From Antedon mediterranea (Eukaryota > Animalia > Echinodermata), in contig NC_092680.1 of NCBI RefSeq assembly GCF_964355755.1, positions 9,486,001-9,550,000 of the forward strand: a DNA stretch of 64,000 bases. Reading direction: 5' to 3'. Every line of letters begins with the position of its first letter. Position 1 is the first letter of the stretch. The notes beneath the pieces were generated by a model. It worked only from the letters and a program-made list of their open reading frames with translations, was not told where the DNA came from and searched no databases. Below, in pieces: positions 38,401 through 51,030 of the stretch. The translations under genes were made by a program, and so were the position numbers.

Positions 38401-40907
38401 TAGATTCTAATGAGGATAAACAGTGCTTATCTGTTGCACACATGGCTGAAAAGATGGGTCACAATGTTTTGATTGTAATTAAACACTTTCCCGAGGACTA
38501 TAGTTTGGTTTCAGATGCCTTTCCAAGATTCATTGAAAGTAAAGATGTAATGTCTGTCTTAAATGGACACAGTGTTGGCTGTGTGATAGGATATAAACAA
38601 TGCATACGCGAATTATTAAAGGTTAATGAAGGATTAAAAGATAGATTGACAATCTTTGCTAAAGTTGAAATACTGAAGTCTAAGGAAGACATTCCAGTTA
38701 CTGATAACCTTGGTCTTCCTAGAAATGTAAGGGTTGTGGTCAACAGATACACATTACCATTGCTTTGTCAGTTTCACAAGATGAAGCCTACTTTCAACTC
38801 GTTATTGAATCTCTTTAAGGAACCCTTAAGAAAGAATTATATAAAGAGTCCACATATCAAGCTACTTAAAGAAGTAAACACCCAAAATTAGTATGTATTT
38901 GATGATGTTATATTCTCAGTAGAAAAAAATGAATCCGTTAATGTAAACTACGACTTTTCAGGGAAAGAGACTAGATTAAGCATGCGCAATTCTTATATTG
39001 TAACTGGTGGTACAACTGGATTTGGACTTCGTCTTGTAGAATGGTTGGTAGATAATGGAGCTGGATACGTTGCTATCTTAAGTCGATCTGTGCCAGGTTT
39101 AGAAACTGAAGAAAGATTAAGAAGTCTTACTGATCGAGGAATCCAAATAGTACATATTAAGACAGACATTACGAACAGATCAGATATAGAAAACGCATTT
39201 TCTACTGTTTTAAAAGATCTGTCTAAACCTTTAACAGGAATATTCCACTGTGCTGCACAGTATGATGATAGTCTAATTGAGAGCATCACACCTGATAGCT
39301 GGAAGAGAATAATGTCAACCAAATCATGGGGTGCTCTTCTACTGCATCAAACGACAATTAAGTTTAATGTTCAACTGGAATACTTTGTAATGATTTCTTC
39401 TGTAGTTCAGATGGTAGGAAACGCAGGTCAGGCAAGTTATTGTGCTGCTAATACATACCTTTCTTCTCTTGGTCAGTATCGTAGAAACCAAGGCTTACCT
39501 GCAACTGTCGTATGTCCAGGTGTGATTAGAGACACTGGATTTGCAGCAAGAATATCGGGTATTATTGAGTTTTGGGAAAGAAGAGGAATAGGAAGTGTGA
39601 CATCACAGCAGGTGTTAAATTCACTTGATGTAATGCTTAGTAGAAATACCACTGACATTGGTGTAACTGGAAATCTTCGAATTAATGATGTTATTATGGA
39701 ATACCGAGGCATTCTTAAACGCCACGACTATGAAGAAAGTTCAATTATGCTAGGATTTTCTTCTACAAGATCAGTGGGTCAAAATGAGAACGCAGGTGAC
39801 ATAATTAATTTAGAACCAGATGAAGCTAAACATTATATTTTCCAGCAACTTTGCAGTTTCATCTCCAAACGTATTGGCTTAACTAGTGATATTTCTCCAA
39901 ACTCCTCACCATCTTCACTCGGAGTAGATTCATTGACTGCAACTGAATTGAGCGGAGACATTCAAAGAACATTTCATGTTCCATTTCCATCTATGGAATT
40001 GATTAATGCAAACGCGACAATGCACAGTTTGTCCATTTCAATATACAGAAAAATATTAGACAAGAATGAAGTGAGAGGTGAACCAAACAGTGAAGAAGAA
40101 AGTGAGGAAGACATGACTTGGAAGGCTTGGTATATAATGGATGGTATGACTATGTCTCCTAATATCCAGCTAATTTGTTTTCCACCAAATGGAGGAGGTC
40201 CTTCTGCATATGCATGGTGGCAGGAAAAACTGAGTAAAAATAATGTGCAGTTAATCATGGCACAATTACCCGGATGGGAAGGACGTCATAATGAGAAACC
40301 TCTTCAAAACCTTGAAGAAATTGTGAGCAAATTAACGGAGAACCTAGCACCACGACTTTTGCCAGGCAGGTTTATATTGTTTGGTAATAGTATTGGTGGA
40401 CTCATTGCATTTGAGGTGGCTTACCTTCTAAAAACTATGGGTTTACAGCCGGCTCATATGATCATTAGTTCTTGGTATGCACCCACGCTTGACTATCCTA
40501 ATACAATAGAGCTTTTAAAAGGCCCAGTTATATTAAGGAAAATTGAACAAAATATCAACAACAACATCCCAGTAATCAACAACAAATCTGAGACGCTTTC
40601 TTTTGTTGATGAGGACGTGTTGGGAAATCCTGAATTGATGAGACGACTTATCCCTTGCTTCAATGCTGGCTTTAAAATTTGCCAAAAGTACAATTACACA
40701 CAAAGTACAAAACTTCAATGCGGCATGACTGTGTTTGGTGCCAAGTCGGATCGGTGCATTCCTCCCAACTCATTAGATGCATGGTGTCATGAAATTGATG
40801 CAAATCAGCATTTCAAAAAAATAATGGTGCCCGGAGGTCACATGCACGTAACAAAGAAAGCTTTTTTCCGAGATATTCAAAAAGTTCTTAAAGCTACATT
40901 CCAGTAA
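35445..40907 (+). CDS. PKS exon 5: AT, DH, psiKR, degenerate ER, KR, ACP, thioesterase (interrupted by 2 stops + 1 frameshift)
   Basis: ORFs 35432-37663, 37814-38281, 38196-38891 and 38982-40907; the sequence read through each stop stays open, and after TAA 37661 is clearly PKS-like (KIWLITRDG..DPCQASAYG). Confidence 0.9.
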
Positions 40908-41999
40908 CCAACAACACACCTACAAGGCCTTCCTTGTTGATGCTGTTGTGACTTTTATTTGATTAAGGTCTAAAGTCACTTCTGGTCTTAGAATAATATT
41001 TAGAACATAAACGTTCTTCTTCAATTGAATACAACTACTTCAACTATTTCTTATATTAAAGCCTAGGGCCTACTGAGTAAATCATAACATTTATTGTTAT
41101 CAAGTGGTAGGCCTATATTCAATTTAAATACTTCATTCATATTAATTTCACCATAACAGTAACATGATTTTTGCAGTATAAAGCAAAATTTTCAAATTGC
41201 ATTTAGTCTATTTTATTTGATTTTTCCCCATTGTTGTTTTTATTGTTTTAATTGTGTGTTCTTTATATTTATTTAGTTAAATCTACATTAGGTACTTTCT
41301 AACAATTGATTACATTGTCTGTCTAGTAGTAATTACTGATTGATAATTTATTCTTAATAATTTCAGCATAATACGATATAAAAATTGTTGTATACTTACT
41401 ACACTGTACCTCCATTTAATAATATAAGTGCAACCCCATGTTAGCTACCTGTTTGTTTAATAGATACCACCAATTTATTTATTTATGTATTAGTACTCTT
41501 AAAATAGTATTTCTTTATTATTCATTTTTAAGATCTAACCTGTTTAAATTCTTTAAAGTTGAGTATAATTTATTCCAAAGTTTAACTCCAGATACTGAAA
41601 CACACATTTGTTTTTGTGTTTGTCGTTGTTAGTATAGCAGTATTAAGCCAAACATTAATATGTTCCATTTTCAGTATTTTTTTAAATTTTGAAATAAAGT
41701 AGAATAGAATATTCGCATTATCTTTCTTTAAAGATACAATACGATAGTATTTATTGTAATTTAAAAAACAAGGTAAAAATGAAATTTAATTGATTGCAAA
41801 CAACACAAATTAGGCAAATACAATATATAAAGCGTTGTAATTGGTGAATCTAAAGCGATCTTACACACTTGCTGAATACATAAAATAAATTATAAACACA
41901 TTAGGCTTGTCGGCAGCGTTTAGTGTTTTGATTTAAAGTGATCATTCTACCAGATTAGCTAAGATTAACAAAATGTATTTTAGAGGAAGATCATGATCT

Positions 42000-44880
42000 T
42001 TTTCAGGAATCTGAATTTTAGTTTTTAGGTGTCCCTTTCACAAAACGAAATTTGTAGGTTGAAGGTTGATTCCGATGATTTTAATGGCCCACCACAATTT
42101 TAGCTAGTTTATTTATCAAGCATAATTCTGAAAATATCGCCTTAGCAGTGGTTTATAGACCACCAGTTAATTCAACACATGCTATAAATAATCAAGATTG
42201 TTTTGGAACTATTTCAAATGACCTAACAAATTACAAAAAAAAAATTGGAAATAATATATATGTAGTGGGAGATTTTAATGGAAGAACAGGTACAATGAAT
42301 GATTTTATTACAGAAGATTAATGTCCACCCAATTGGGATAATGATATATATAAAGAAGATAATGAAATAGATAGTAATATAGGTGTTAGAAGTAATGAAG
42401 ATCAAATAGTCAATGAATATGGAACTAATTTATTAAGTCATTGTAAAGAAACAGGGATGAGAATAGTAAATGGTAGGATAAATAGGGAATTTAGTAGGTG
42501 CTTTACTTTTTTAGGAAATTTTGGCAAAAGTGTTGTTGATTATATTATTACTTTTCCAGTTAATTTTGATAAAATAATAAGACCAAAAGTGGATATTATG
42601 ATAGAATCCGACCATATGCCTTTACGTTTTGAAATTTTATTAGAGACTGAACAAATCAAAAAAGAAATTACGAATGATTTAAAAAAATAAATCTGGAAAA
42701 CACATGAAACATTTCAATGGTCCGAAACAAAGGTGAATAAAGCCAAGGACAAATGGAATGATGAACAAATTTTCAAATGTCTTGATGATATTAATGCAAA
42801 TGTTAAAAAAAGGGATATTGATGAAGCCCTAATTAACCTTTATAGAACTTTAGAATATGTTTACATAAATACAAAAAAAATGCACAAAATTGCCCAAGAA
42901 TACATGGTTTGATCGTCAATGCATAAAAAAGAAAATTATTATTCGTAGCATTCTTAATAAATATAGAAAATACAAAACTAACACCCTATTAAAGGAATAC
43001 TGTTAAAGAAAAGGAGTTATAAAAAATGGGCAACAAGCATTATTATTCCTATATTTAAAAAGGGCAAAAGAGATCAACCAGCAAATTATAGAGGCGTATC
43101 CTTAATATCCACTTTAGGCAAGGTGTTTTTATACATTATAAGCAATAGATTAAGCAAATGGACAGAAGAAAAAGAAATATTACATCAAGAACAGGAGGGT
43201 TTAGAAAAGATTGTCGTACTTTTGATAACATATTTATTTTAGACACAATTGTTAACAAATAACTCTCCAAAAAACGAGGAACTGTGTTCATGGCGTTTAT
43301 AGATTTAAAACGCGCTTTCGATTCTATTAGACACGATTTCCTTATAAGTAAACTAAGAAAATCTGGTATAAAAGGTAAAATAATCAAAGTTATAAAAACA
43401 ATGTATAGTAAACTAAAAGGGCATGTAAAGGTTGGCAACAAAATTGGAGAATCCTTTAAATGTGAAGTAGGAATACAACAAGGGTCAGCTTTATCTTCAT
43501 TATTATTTAATATTTTTATTAATGATATAACTGAGTTATTACATACTGCTGAAAATCGAAACAAAATAAAAATTGATAACATAAATATTAATTACCTACT
43601 GTATGCAGATTATCTAGTTTTAATCAGTGATACAGTGTACTCATTACAAGATCTTTTAAATAGACTAGAATATTATTGTAATAGGTGGGGATTGGTAGTT
43701 AACATTGACAAAAGTAAAATAATAGTATTTAAAAAAAATTGAAAACTTAAGAACTACGAAAAGTGGAATTATCTTGGTAAAGAAATTGAAATATTAAAAT
43801 CTCTTAAATATCTTGGAGTCACTTTCGATTGTTCAGGAAATTGGGAAAAGGCCAGAGAACAAAATAATACACAGGCTAATAAAGCACTTTTCTCACTCAA
43901 AAATATGATATATCAGAAATATGGACATCTACCAGTGAATATTTGGAACTAATTATTTGATGTTAAAATAAACCCAATTATACTGTATGGTAGTGAAATA
44001 TGGGGAAAACTAAACAACAAAAAAATTGATGATATTCAAAATTATTTCTGTAGATATGTTTTAGGGGTCGGAAAATCAGCCACAAATGTTATCCGTTATT
44101 GGGTAAGACTAGTAAATATGAACGAGGACAAATATGCGAAGAAATGTTATAAATCTCAACTTCATAAAGCGCAAAATAATAGTAATTGTTGGGTAAGCGA
44201 TGTAAAACATATGTTATGCTCTATTGGTCATGGAAACATATGGTTTTCACAAAATAATGTCCTTGATAAATTTTATATAGTTAATAAGATAAAAGAAAGG
44301 CTAACCGATATGGAACGCCAATCCTTTCTTGAAAGCATAAATATTTCTTCAAAATTAAGATACTATAAAATGTTCAAAAACAATTTCGGAGTAGATGGAT
44401 GCTTACTACAGACCCTTGATACTAGATATAAGCGAGCTTTAAGTCAACTAAGACTGGGCACACTTCAACTAGAGGTAGAAAGGGGAAGATGAAAACGAAT
44501 AGATCGCAGCAATAGGTTATGTAAAATATGTGATATAAATGAAGTTGAAGGTGAATATCATTTTGTTACAGTTTGCTCTCGTTACAAGGAAATCAGAAAA
44601 AAATGTATACCTTCTTTATTTTTTGAAAATCCAAATACTTTTAAATTCTGCCATTTAATGTCATCACAGGATCCAATAATTATTGATAATCTATCTAAAT
44701 ATATTTATCATGCTTATAAGTTAAGATATGTTTTGCTTAGAGAACGAAATTAATTAATTCATTTATCTTGTGACCATAAATTGCTTTATTTTTCAATGTA
44801 AATATTATTTTGTTAATTACTAGGGGCCAGAGGCCTAAAGTAAATAAAGTCAGGCGATAAGCCTGAATGAATGAATGAAT
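42000..44880 (+). mobile_element. Decayed LINE (APE endonuclease + RT), RTE-X-like
   Basis: VYRPP, GDFNGRTG, SVVDY, ESDH, NYRGVSL, DLKRAFDSI, GIQQGSALS, LYADY, RLCKIC..EYHF..C; (gaat)n tail 44865-44880; many stops; 5' boundary approximate. Confidence 0.85.
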
Positions 44881-45913
44881 TTATCTTTTCAATAGTCAGA
44901 CAACAAAGCCGAATAAATGAATACTTTTAATAATGCTTAAAAAAATAAGTTTATTTAAAGTGATATTGAAGGTTTTAAGTTTACGAAGGAAAAACATTCA
45001 CTGACTTGTATTTGTAGTTGTGGATAAAGTGTTTCCCAGTTAAGATTTGTATAAAGCACAACACAAAGAGATACTTATATTCGTCTAATATTTAATATTT
45101 TGTTCTGTACTATCTAGTATAAAAAATATTAATCTAATTAATTAAGACCATATAAATCACAACACATAATTCTTGTTAAAGCACAGTTTAGTTTTTATAA
45201 AATTAAATAATGGTAATACTATGGCGCGATCTTGTAACAACCACGCATAGCAGTGGAGCATATTTTACCGTCAAAACGACGTGCTTATACACTGCTAGAC
45301 AGTTTAACTTATGTGCATGCTACTTATAATTATTTGTTATTTGTTCATAATTTTTTTGTATATTTTTCTGTAATTTTACGGTGAAGTGTTACACGCAACC
45401 TAGCCTGCCACTATCGGGGTTATAAAACAGGCACCGGAACAGACCGCCTTGCTGGACTATGAGTATGACTATCACTGCCAGCCTAAACCAACGTGATAGG
45501 ATGCATTCCGAAAGTTACGACCTCTGAACCACGAGCGAATTTTTGGACCAAACTGTACAGCTGTAAAAAATTCACGAATTTTGCTTCATTTAAATATACA
45601 GTACGTTGTTGTGATCTGATTATGTGAATTTTGACATAGCTATTTGTCTTTTGTGTGATATTTTGTAGTCAGTATTGTTCCTTAAATATTCCTAGATATG
45701 TGTGACGTTGTTAAACGTATATATTGCAAATATTAGTTGCAAGAAATAAATTGACAGACGACTATATGAGATTAATGAGAGAGAGAGAGAGAGAGTAACT
45801 TTTTATTCCAAAGCATTCTGGGAACTCCTGACTGACGTAAATACACACATATTATATATAAAAAGATATGTGACAATATGTATATAAGGCTTGTATACTT
45901 AGTGAATGTAATT

Positions 45914-48184
45914 ATGTTATCTCTTTCCACCTTTAATGTACGTTGGATTGTTAATATAAAACACACTTTAGATGATGATTGTAAGCGGTATAGAAGTGAT
46001 ATCATAGCATTACAAAAAACTAAAATATGTGAACAATATGACTTTACTTTTCCATCAAAATATAGATTAATTTGTTTTAAACAAAATAATTCTAGACACA
46101 GAGGAGTAGGTTTTGTTATAAGTAGTAGAATTAATGAATATGTTGAGACCTGGAACGTAATTGACGATGATATTGCGTACCTTAACATTGTTTTTCCAAG
46201 CCGAAAAATGAATTGTTACATTAAGTGTAGAGTTGTTAATGCATATAGCCCCACTGCTGTGAGGGCAAAAACTAATCTCGGATTGCTAAATCAATTTTAT
46301 ACTGATCCTGAGAAAGCATGTTGAGTACCTGCAAAATGGGAATTGTTTGTGCTGGGTGATTTTAACGCTGTACTTGGTAAAGCTAATAATATTGGTTTAG
46401 ACAACTTATCTGAACACATTGGTTCTTATGGACACGGTGTTTAATGATATGGGTCAAGTGTTCTTTAAATTTATGATGAATAATAAGCTTTTTGCCTGTA
46501 ATACAGCATTCAAACATAAAATTCGCCATGTAACAACACACACAATGTATGTTAAAACCTGGGATGCTGGAAGAGTGACAAAAGAAACTAAGCCATATCA
46601 TAGACAGATTGACTTCATACTTTGTAAAACTCGTTTTAAAAGTACTTTAAAAAATAGCAGAGCATATAGTGGCACCAGAACCATCAGTGATCACTAAATA
46701 GTGTGTGTTCAATTTAATCTAAATATGCGTGTACTAACTTTTAAGAAAAGTAAATATACAACCAAGTTTAATCAGAAATCACGTGATAGATATTGTAATC
46801 AAATAAAACATGAACTTTGTAAAATGAATATTAATATTAATAATGATCCTAATGTGTCAATGAGTAAATTGTTAACAGCAACTGTACTTTCTGCACGGAA
46901 GACAATTGGTATGACAAATAATGATAGACTTAATTATGTACAAGACAATTAATTGTCAAGGCTCACTGTTGAAAGATCTGAGTTAAGTTGTCAATTAAAC
47001 TCGTGCAATACCTCGAAAGATCGTAGTTTATAGCGTACGTATATTAATAAGACAAAAAATACAATTTCTAAACGATTGAAAAACATTTAAGAAATCAAAG
47101 CAAAAAAATTGATCGATAGAATCACTACTACAAATGAAACAAAGAAAATGTTTGATTCTGTAAAATTACTCTGCGCAAATAAGAAAACTAACAGAAGATG
47201 ACGGAAGTGTGATTTATTCAAATCAAAAGAAAGCAGAAATCGTGAAAGATTGGTTTTGCAAACAGTTAACTGATTTCAGCATTGAACCAATAAACGCATT
47301 TGATGGTCCACCAAGAAAGTTAAACTACCCAATAACGGTCAGTGGCTAATGCTACTTCCTCTTTAAAAAATAATAAGGCTTGTGGACCTGACAAGATTGC
47401 ACCAGAATTGTTCAAGTATGCGAGTAATGATGTGCTTTACGCTTGCATCATTAATCAATGTTTTGAAAGAAATATACATCTGCAGAGTATAACTGAAGGT
47501 TTAATTACACCCCTGCAAAAACCTGGAAAACCGAAGGGACCATGTAAAAGTCTAAGGCCTCTTACAGTGAGCAACGTTATTCGCAAAGTAATGTCATTGA
47601 TTATTTATAAACGTATTGAGGAAAACGTTAACAATTACACAGGGCCCGTCCAAAGTGCTTATAAGAGAGGTCAGAGATGTGCTGATATTGTATGGGCGCA
47701 AAGAATATTAACATATATAGTCAAACAAAAGAAATGGGAATTCTACAAAATGGGTTTAGACATGTCTTCTGCGTTCGATACTATTAAACGTGATACTGTG
47801 TTACGTTTACTAAGCGATGCTGGTTGTTCCGACGATGACATACGTCTAGTTAGGTTTATGTTGTCAAATACCAAACTACAAGTAAAAGTTGGTGGTAAAC
47901 TTTCCAGTTCGTTCGAATCTGTATTAGGTTTGTTTCAAGGCGATTGTTTATCAGGACCCTTTTTTACTATCACATTTGCTGGAGCTTTGTACCAGTTAAG
48001 AGTCATGACTACTTTCAGACCCAATCCACTAATTGACATTAAATGTTTTCCGCTTGAATTTCCTATGCTGACGATATTGACTTTCTTTCTGAACTCAAGA
48101 GCAAACTTATAATGCCAATTGCTTGGAATTTATATATTAATGAAAGCAAGACTGAGTTTAACCATGTGTTTTTATTGATAGTAA
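45914..48184 (+). mobile_element. Decayed RTE-like LINE (APE + RT), interrupted by an LTR element; resumes at 63950
   Basis: TFNVR, GVGF, NAYSPT, GDFNA, QIDFIL, SDH, KACGPDKI, LRPLT, LDMSSAFDTI, QGDCLS; after the LTR element the sequence continues DPKSEVWMSHKVLSS. Confidence 0.85.
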
Positions 48185-48747
48185 TGTAATATAATGATAT
48201 ACTTTTATAATTAAGAAATTGACCTTTGTATCAGAATTCAAATAAGTTCACAAACTTGACCCAGAAAGTCCAGAGGAGAGTTTGTCCAGATGTTTTAATG
48301 ACCATTTAGTTTATAATAGAAAACACTTAATTTTGTGACTTTTCCCATCGTTAAACCAGGAGAGATTGACACTATTTAAGTACAGATTTGACAGTGTCAT
48401 CCATCATAGAAATACCTTATTATACCGTTAATTACTTCTAACTAAACACCCCTGGACCAACTTAGGACCAATCGTTACTCTCACAGATGACGTTGTGACA
48501 TATGCAAATGAAACGAAGCCAATATACCCCCAAGTTTCAGAAGAGCCCAGACACACCTCACAGCCACTTCTTCAGAAGCAGACCTACACACTTCACACCT
48601 CACCGACAGCATCACTGATCCTCCGTTCCTTATCTATACTTATAGTTGTATATTGTACTGAAGTATTATACTGAATAAACAATATGTGTTACGACAGTTA
48701 AGCGAGTAAGAGTCTTCATTAGTACCTCAACACAACACTATATTACA
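48185..48747 (+). repeat. 5' LTR
   Basis: Direct repeat of 63378-63945 with indels; contains octamer ATGCAAAT, TGACGT and aataaa. Confidence 0.92.
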
Positions 48748-48950
48748 TGGTGGAAGACCCAAATTTTATAAGGAACAGAGTGAGAAAACAGAATAACAAG
48801 AAAACAAGAAATAAACACAACAAGACACGAAGACGAAGACGAAGACAACCATATTTGTTTGAAAGGAGAAAACCAGAAATTTACTTTTACACAAAAGACA
48901 AGCTGAAATTATATTTGAATGAGAGAAGCAGATTTTTTTTTAAATAACAA

Positions 48951-49105
48951 TTTTAACCGGATCGAGGCAAGCAGAAATTTTATCAAATTTGTATTTTAAC
49001 TGGATCGAGACAAGCAGAAATTTTATCAAATTTGTATTTTAACTGGATCGAGACAAGCAGAAATTTTATCAAATTTGTATTTTAACTGGATCGAGACAAG
49101 CAGAA
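48951..49105 (+). repeat. 43-bp tandem repeat, ~3.5 copies
   Basis: Unit ttttaactggatcgagacaagcagaaattttatcaaatttgta in the leader of the LTR element. Confidence 0.9.
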
Positions 49106-49450
49106 TTTTTAAATTTCGTATAACCATTGGATGAAGACAAAGAAGATAATCGAGGAAGAAGAAGAAGAAGAATCAAAACGGAAAACAGAAGCAAGCGGAC
49201 AAGAACTGTTTCGTTTGGACACTTTCAACTTCACGCCGTTTTTTTTTTTCGATCGTTTTTTTAACATTTACCTTTTGTGAACATTGATGAACACCTTTCG
49301 TATTTTTTTGAATTCGTTGTTTGAAAATTTGAACATTGATGAGCACTTTTAACATTTCTTTAATTCGTTGTTTGAACATTTAAACATTTTTGAACACTTT
49401 TTGCATTCCTTTAATTCATTTTTAATTGGATCCGAAGCATTTGGGGTAAG

Positions 49451-49516
49451 TCAGAACCGTTTTGATTTTTGAATTGTAACCCTGTGTGAAAGTTCATGGT
49501 ATACACTAAAATTGTT
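49451..49516 (+). repeat. 66-bp perfect inverted repeat, left arm
   Basis: Exact reverse complement of 59896-59961. Confidence 0.92.
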
Positions 49517-51030
49517 TTTTAAATTGTTAAAATAATTGTTGAATAAACCCACCGATAATAATGAGAAAATTCAGAACACCGTTAACGTAGTAAATGACGA
49601 AAACCATGTTTAATTTGTCAACGAACATGATAGGACACCAGCCCAATTGCAATCAGATACCCTTACACATCCAACTAAAGTAGAACCCCTTAAACTTGCA
49701 ACCTTACATTAACTGTGTAGAGAATAACATGGGATTAGCAGCCCCATTCCAAATGAAAGAAGAACAAATTAAGGAACAAACTAATTTAATTATGACAGCA
49801 CCTAATGATTCAAATATTACATTAAACCGAGGTAGATTTAAAGCAGGACATTTCCAAGTTTTAGTTTCGTATTCTAAACCGACTTCAGCCAAACGCAACA
49901 CCGATAAAACAAAACACGAATCCAATGTTCGAAAATTTTGGTGGAATATTGACAGATATAACGATACAGATAAATTGATTAAAAGAATTAATGATAAACA
50001 GATACCGATAAGTGGATCGCCAAACGATTCATAAAAAGTTTGTATAATGCAACAAGTTACTGATTTAATTTTTTTTGCAAGAATTTTTTAAATTACGACA
50101 TTTGCTAAATTAATGATCGATGGTGGCGTTTTAAAGTACAAGTACTTAAAGAAAACCAACGTTCAAAAATCTAAAAATACTAAACGTAAGATTGAAATCA
50201 AAATACGGTATATCTAACATCTAATCACTCATTTGAAGGAGATCTTATATCAGCTTGAAATTTTACATTTGGATATTCTTTAACGTTATTTGAGCAGTAA
50301 ATTTGAACAGGCCCGAACACGACTACGTTTTGATTGTACCGCCAATACTACAGCGAAGAAAACAAGGGTAAGGCTATTGTTTATCTTGACAACCACTCTA
50401 GCAACAAGGCCTAGCTATCCTTTGTACGCACGCTTCACGCTCTAGTAAGCATCCATTGTTCAAGAAAAACGTCTGTTGCTATGGAGACATCAACTCAACC
50501 TAACATACAACGGGTTAAACCAGTATTTGTAAAAGATGATGACATTCGGAAAAAGGAAGATGAATATCTGAAAGAAGAAGATATCTACTTTGCCTTATTA
50601 AAAGTGATGAACTGTGATAACCTTATCGGAGCACAAAAAGTGAAAAACCTATGGCGAATATATATAAACGACCATAATGAAAGAGTTAAAGTAATAACTG
50701 CAGGCCTTAACATTAAAGGAAAGCAAGTACCTGTCTACGACTTGAACCCATACATAAATAGAGATGAAAATTCTGTAAGAGTACTGGTCAAAGACATACC
50801 ACTGTCTGTTAGAAACGAAGAAATAACCGACTCGTTAAAAAAAATCGGATGCAAGATCATTGGAATATATACCTCGAAATAGAAAGTAAATATTGACTAT
50901 GGTATCATGCTGGCTGAGATCCTTGAAAAAGTCAAGAATTTGCATTTTTTTTTACCTGGTAAAGTGAGGTATTTTGGTTTTCTAGGGTTGCTAACTTCTC
51001 TCATACTACATATTCATAACTTTACTTTCA

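Larger units (their letters stand above)
29348..40907 (+). pseudogene. Animal single-module type I polyketide synthase (KS-AT-DH-psiKR-degenerate ER-KR-ACP-TE); three lesions as assembled
   Basis: Exons 29348-29350 (ATG|gtaagt), ~29939-30239, 33343-34799, 34893-34989, 35445-40907 with phase-compatible GT-AG introns; motifs DTACSSS, HGTGT, NVGHAEG, GHSVG, NAFHS, HVVQGSVVFP, HPALLD, GGTTGFG, YCAAN, GVDSL, GNSIG, PGGH; TAA 37661, frameshift ~38200-38280, TAG 38889. Confidence 0.93.

Noticed and set aside
36262-40718. Minus-strand ORFs overlapping the PKS and retroelement ORFs
   Set aside because: Antisense shadows of long coding frames with no recognisable motifs
33343-40907. PKS as bacterial contamination or canonical fatty acid synthase
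   Set aside because: GT-AG introns with compatible phases and embedded animal transposons exclude contamination; the KS motif, absence of MT/active ER and the TEII-like domain argue against canonical FAS (phylogeny still needed)
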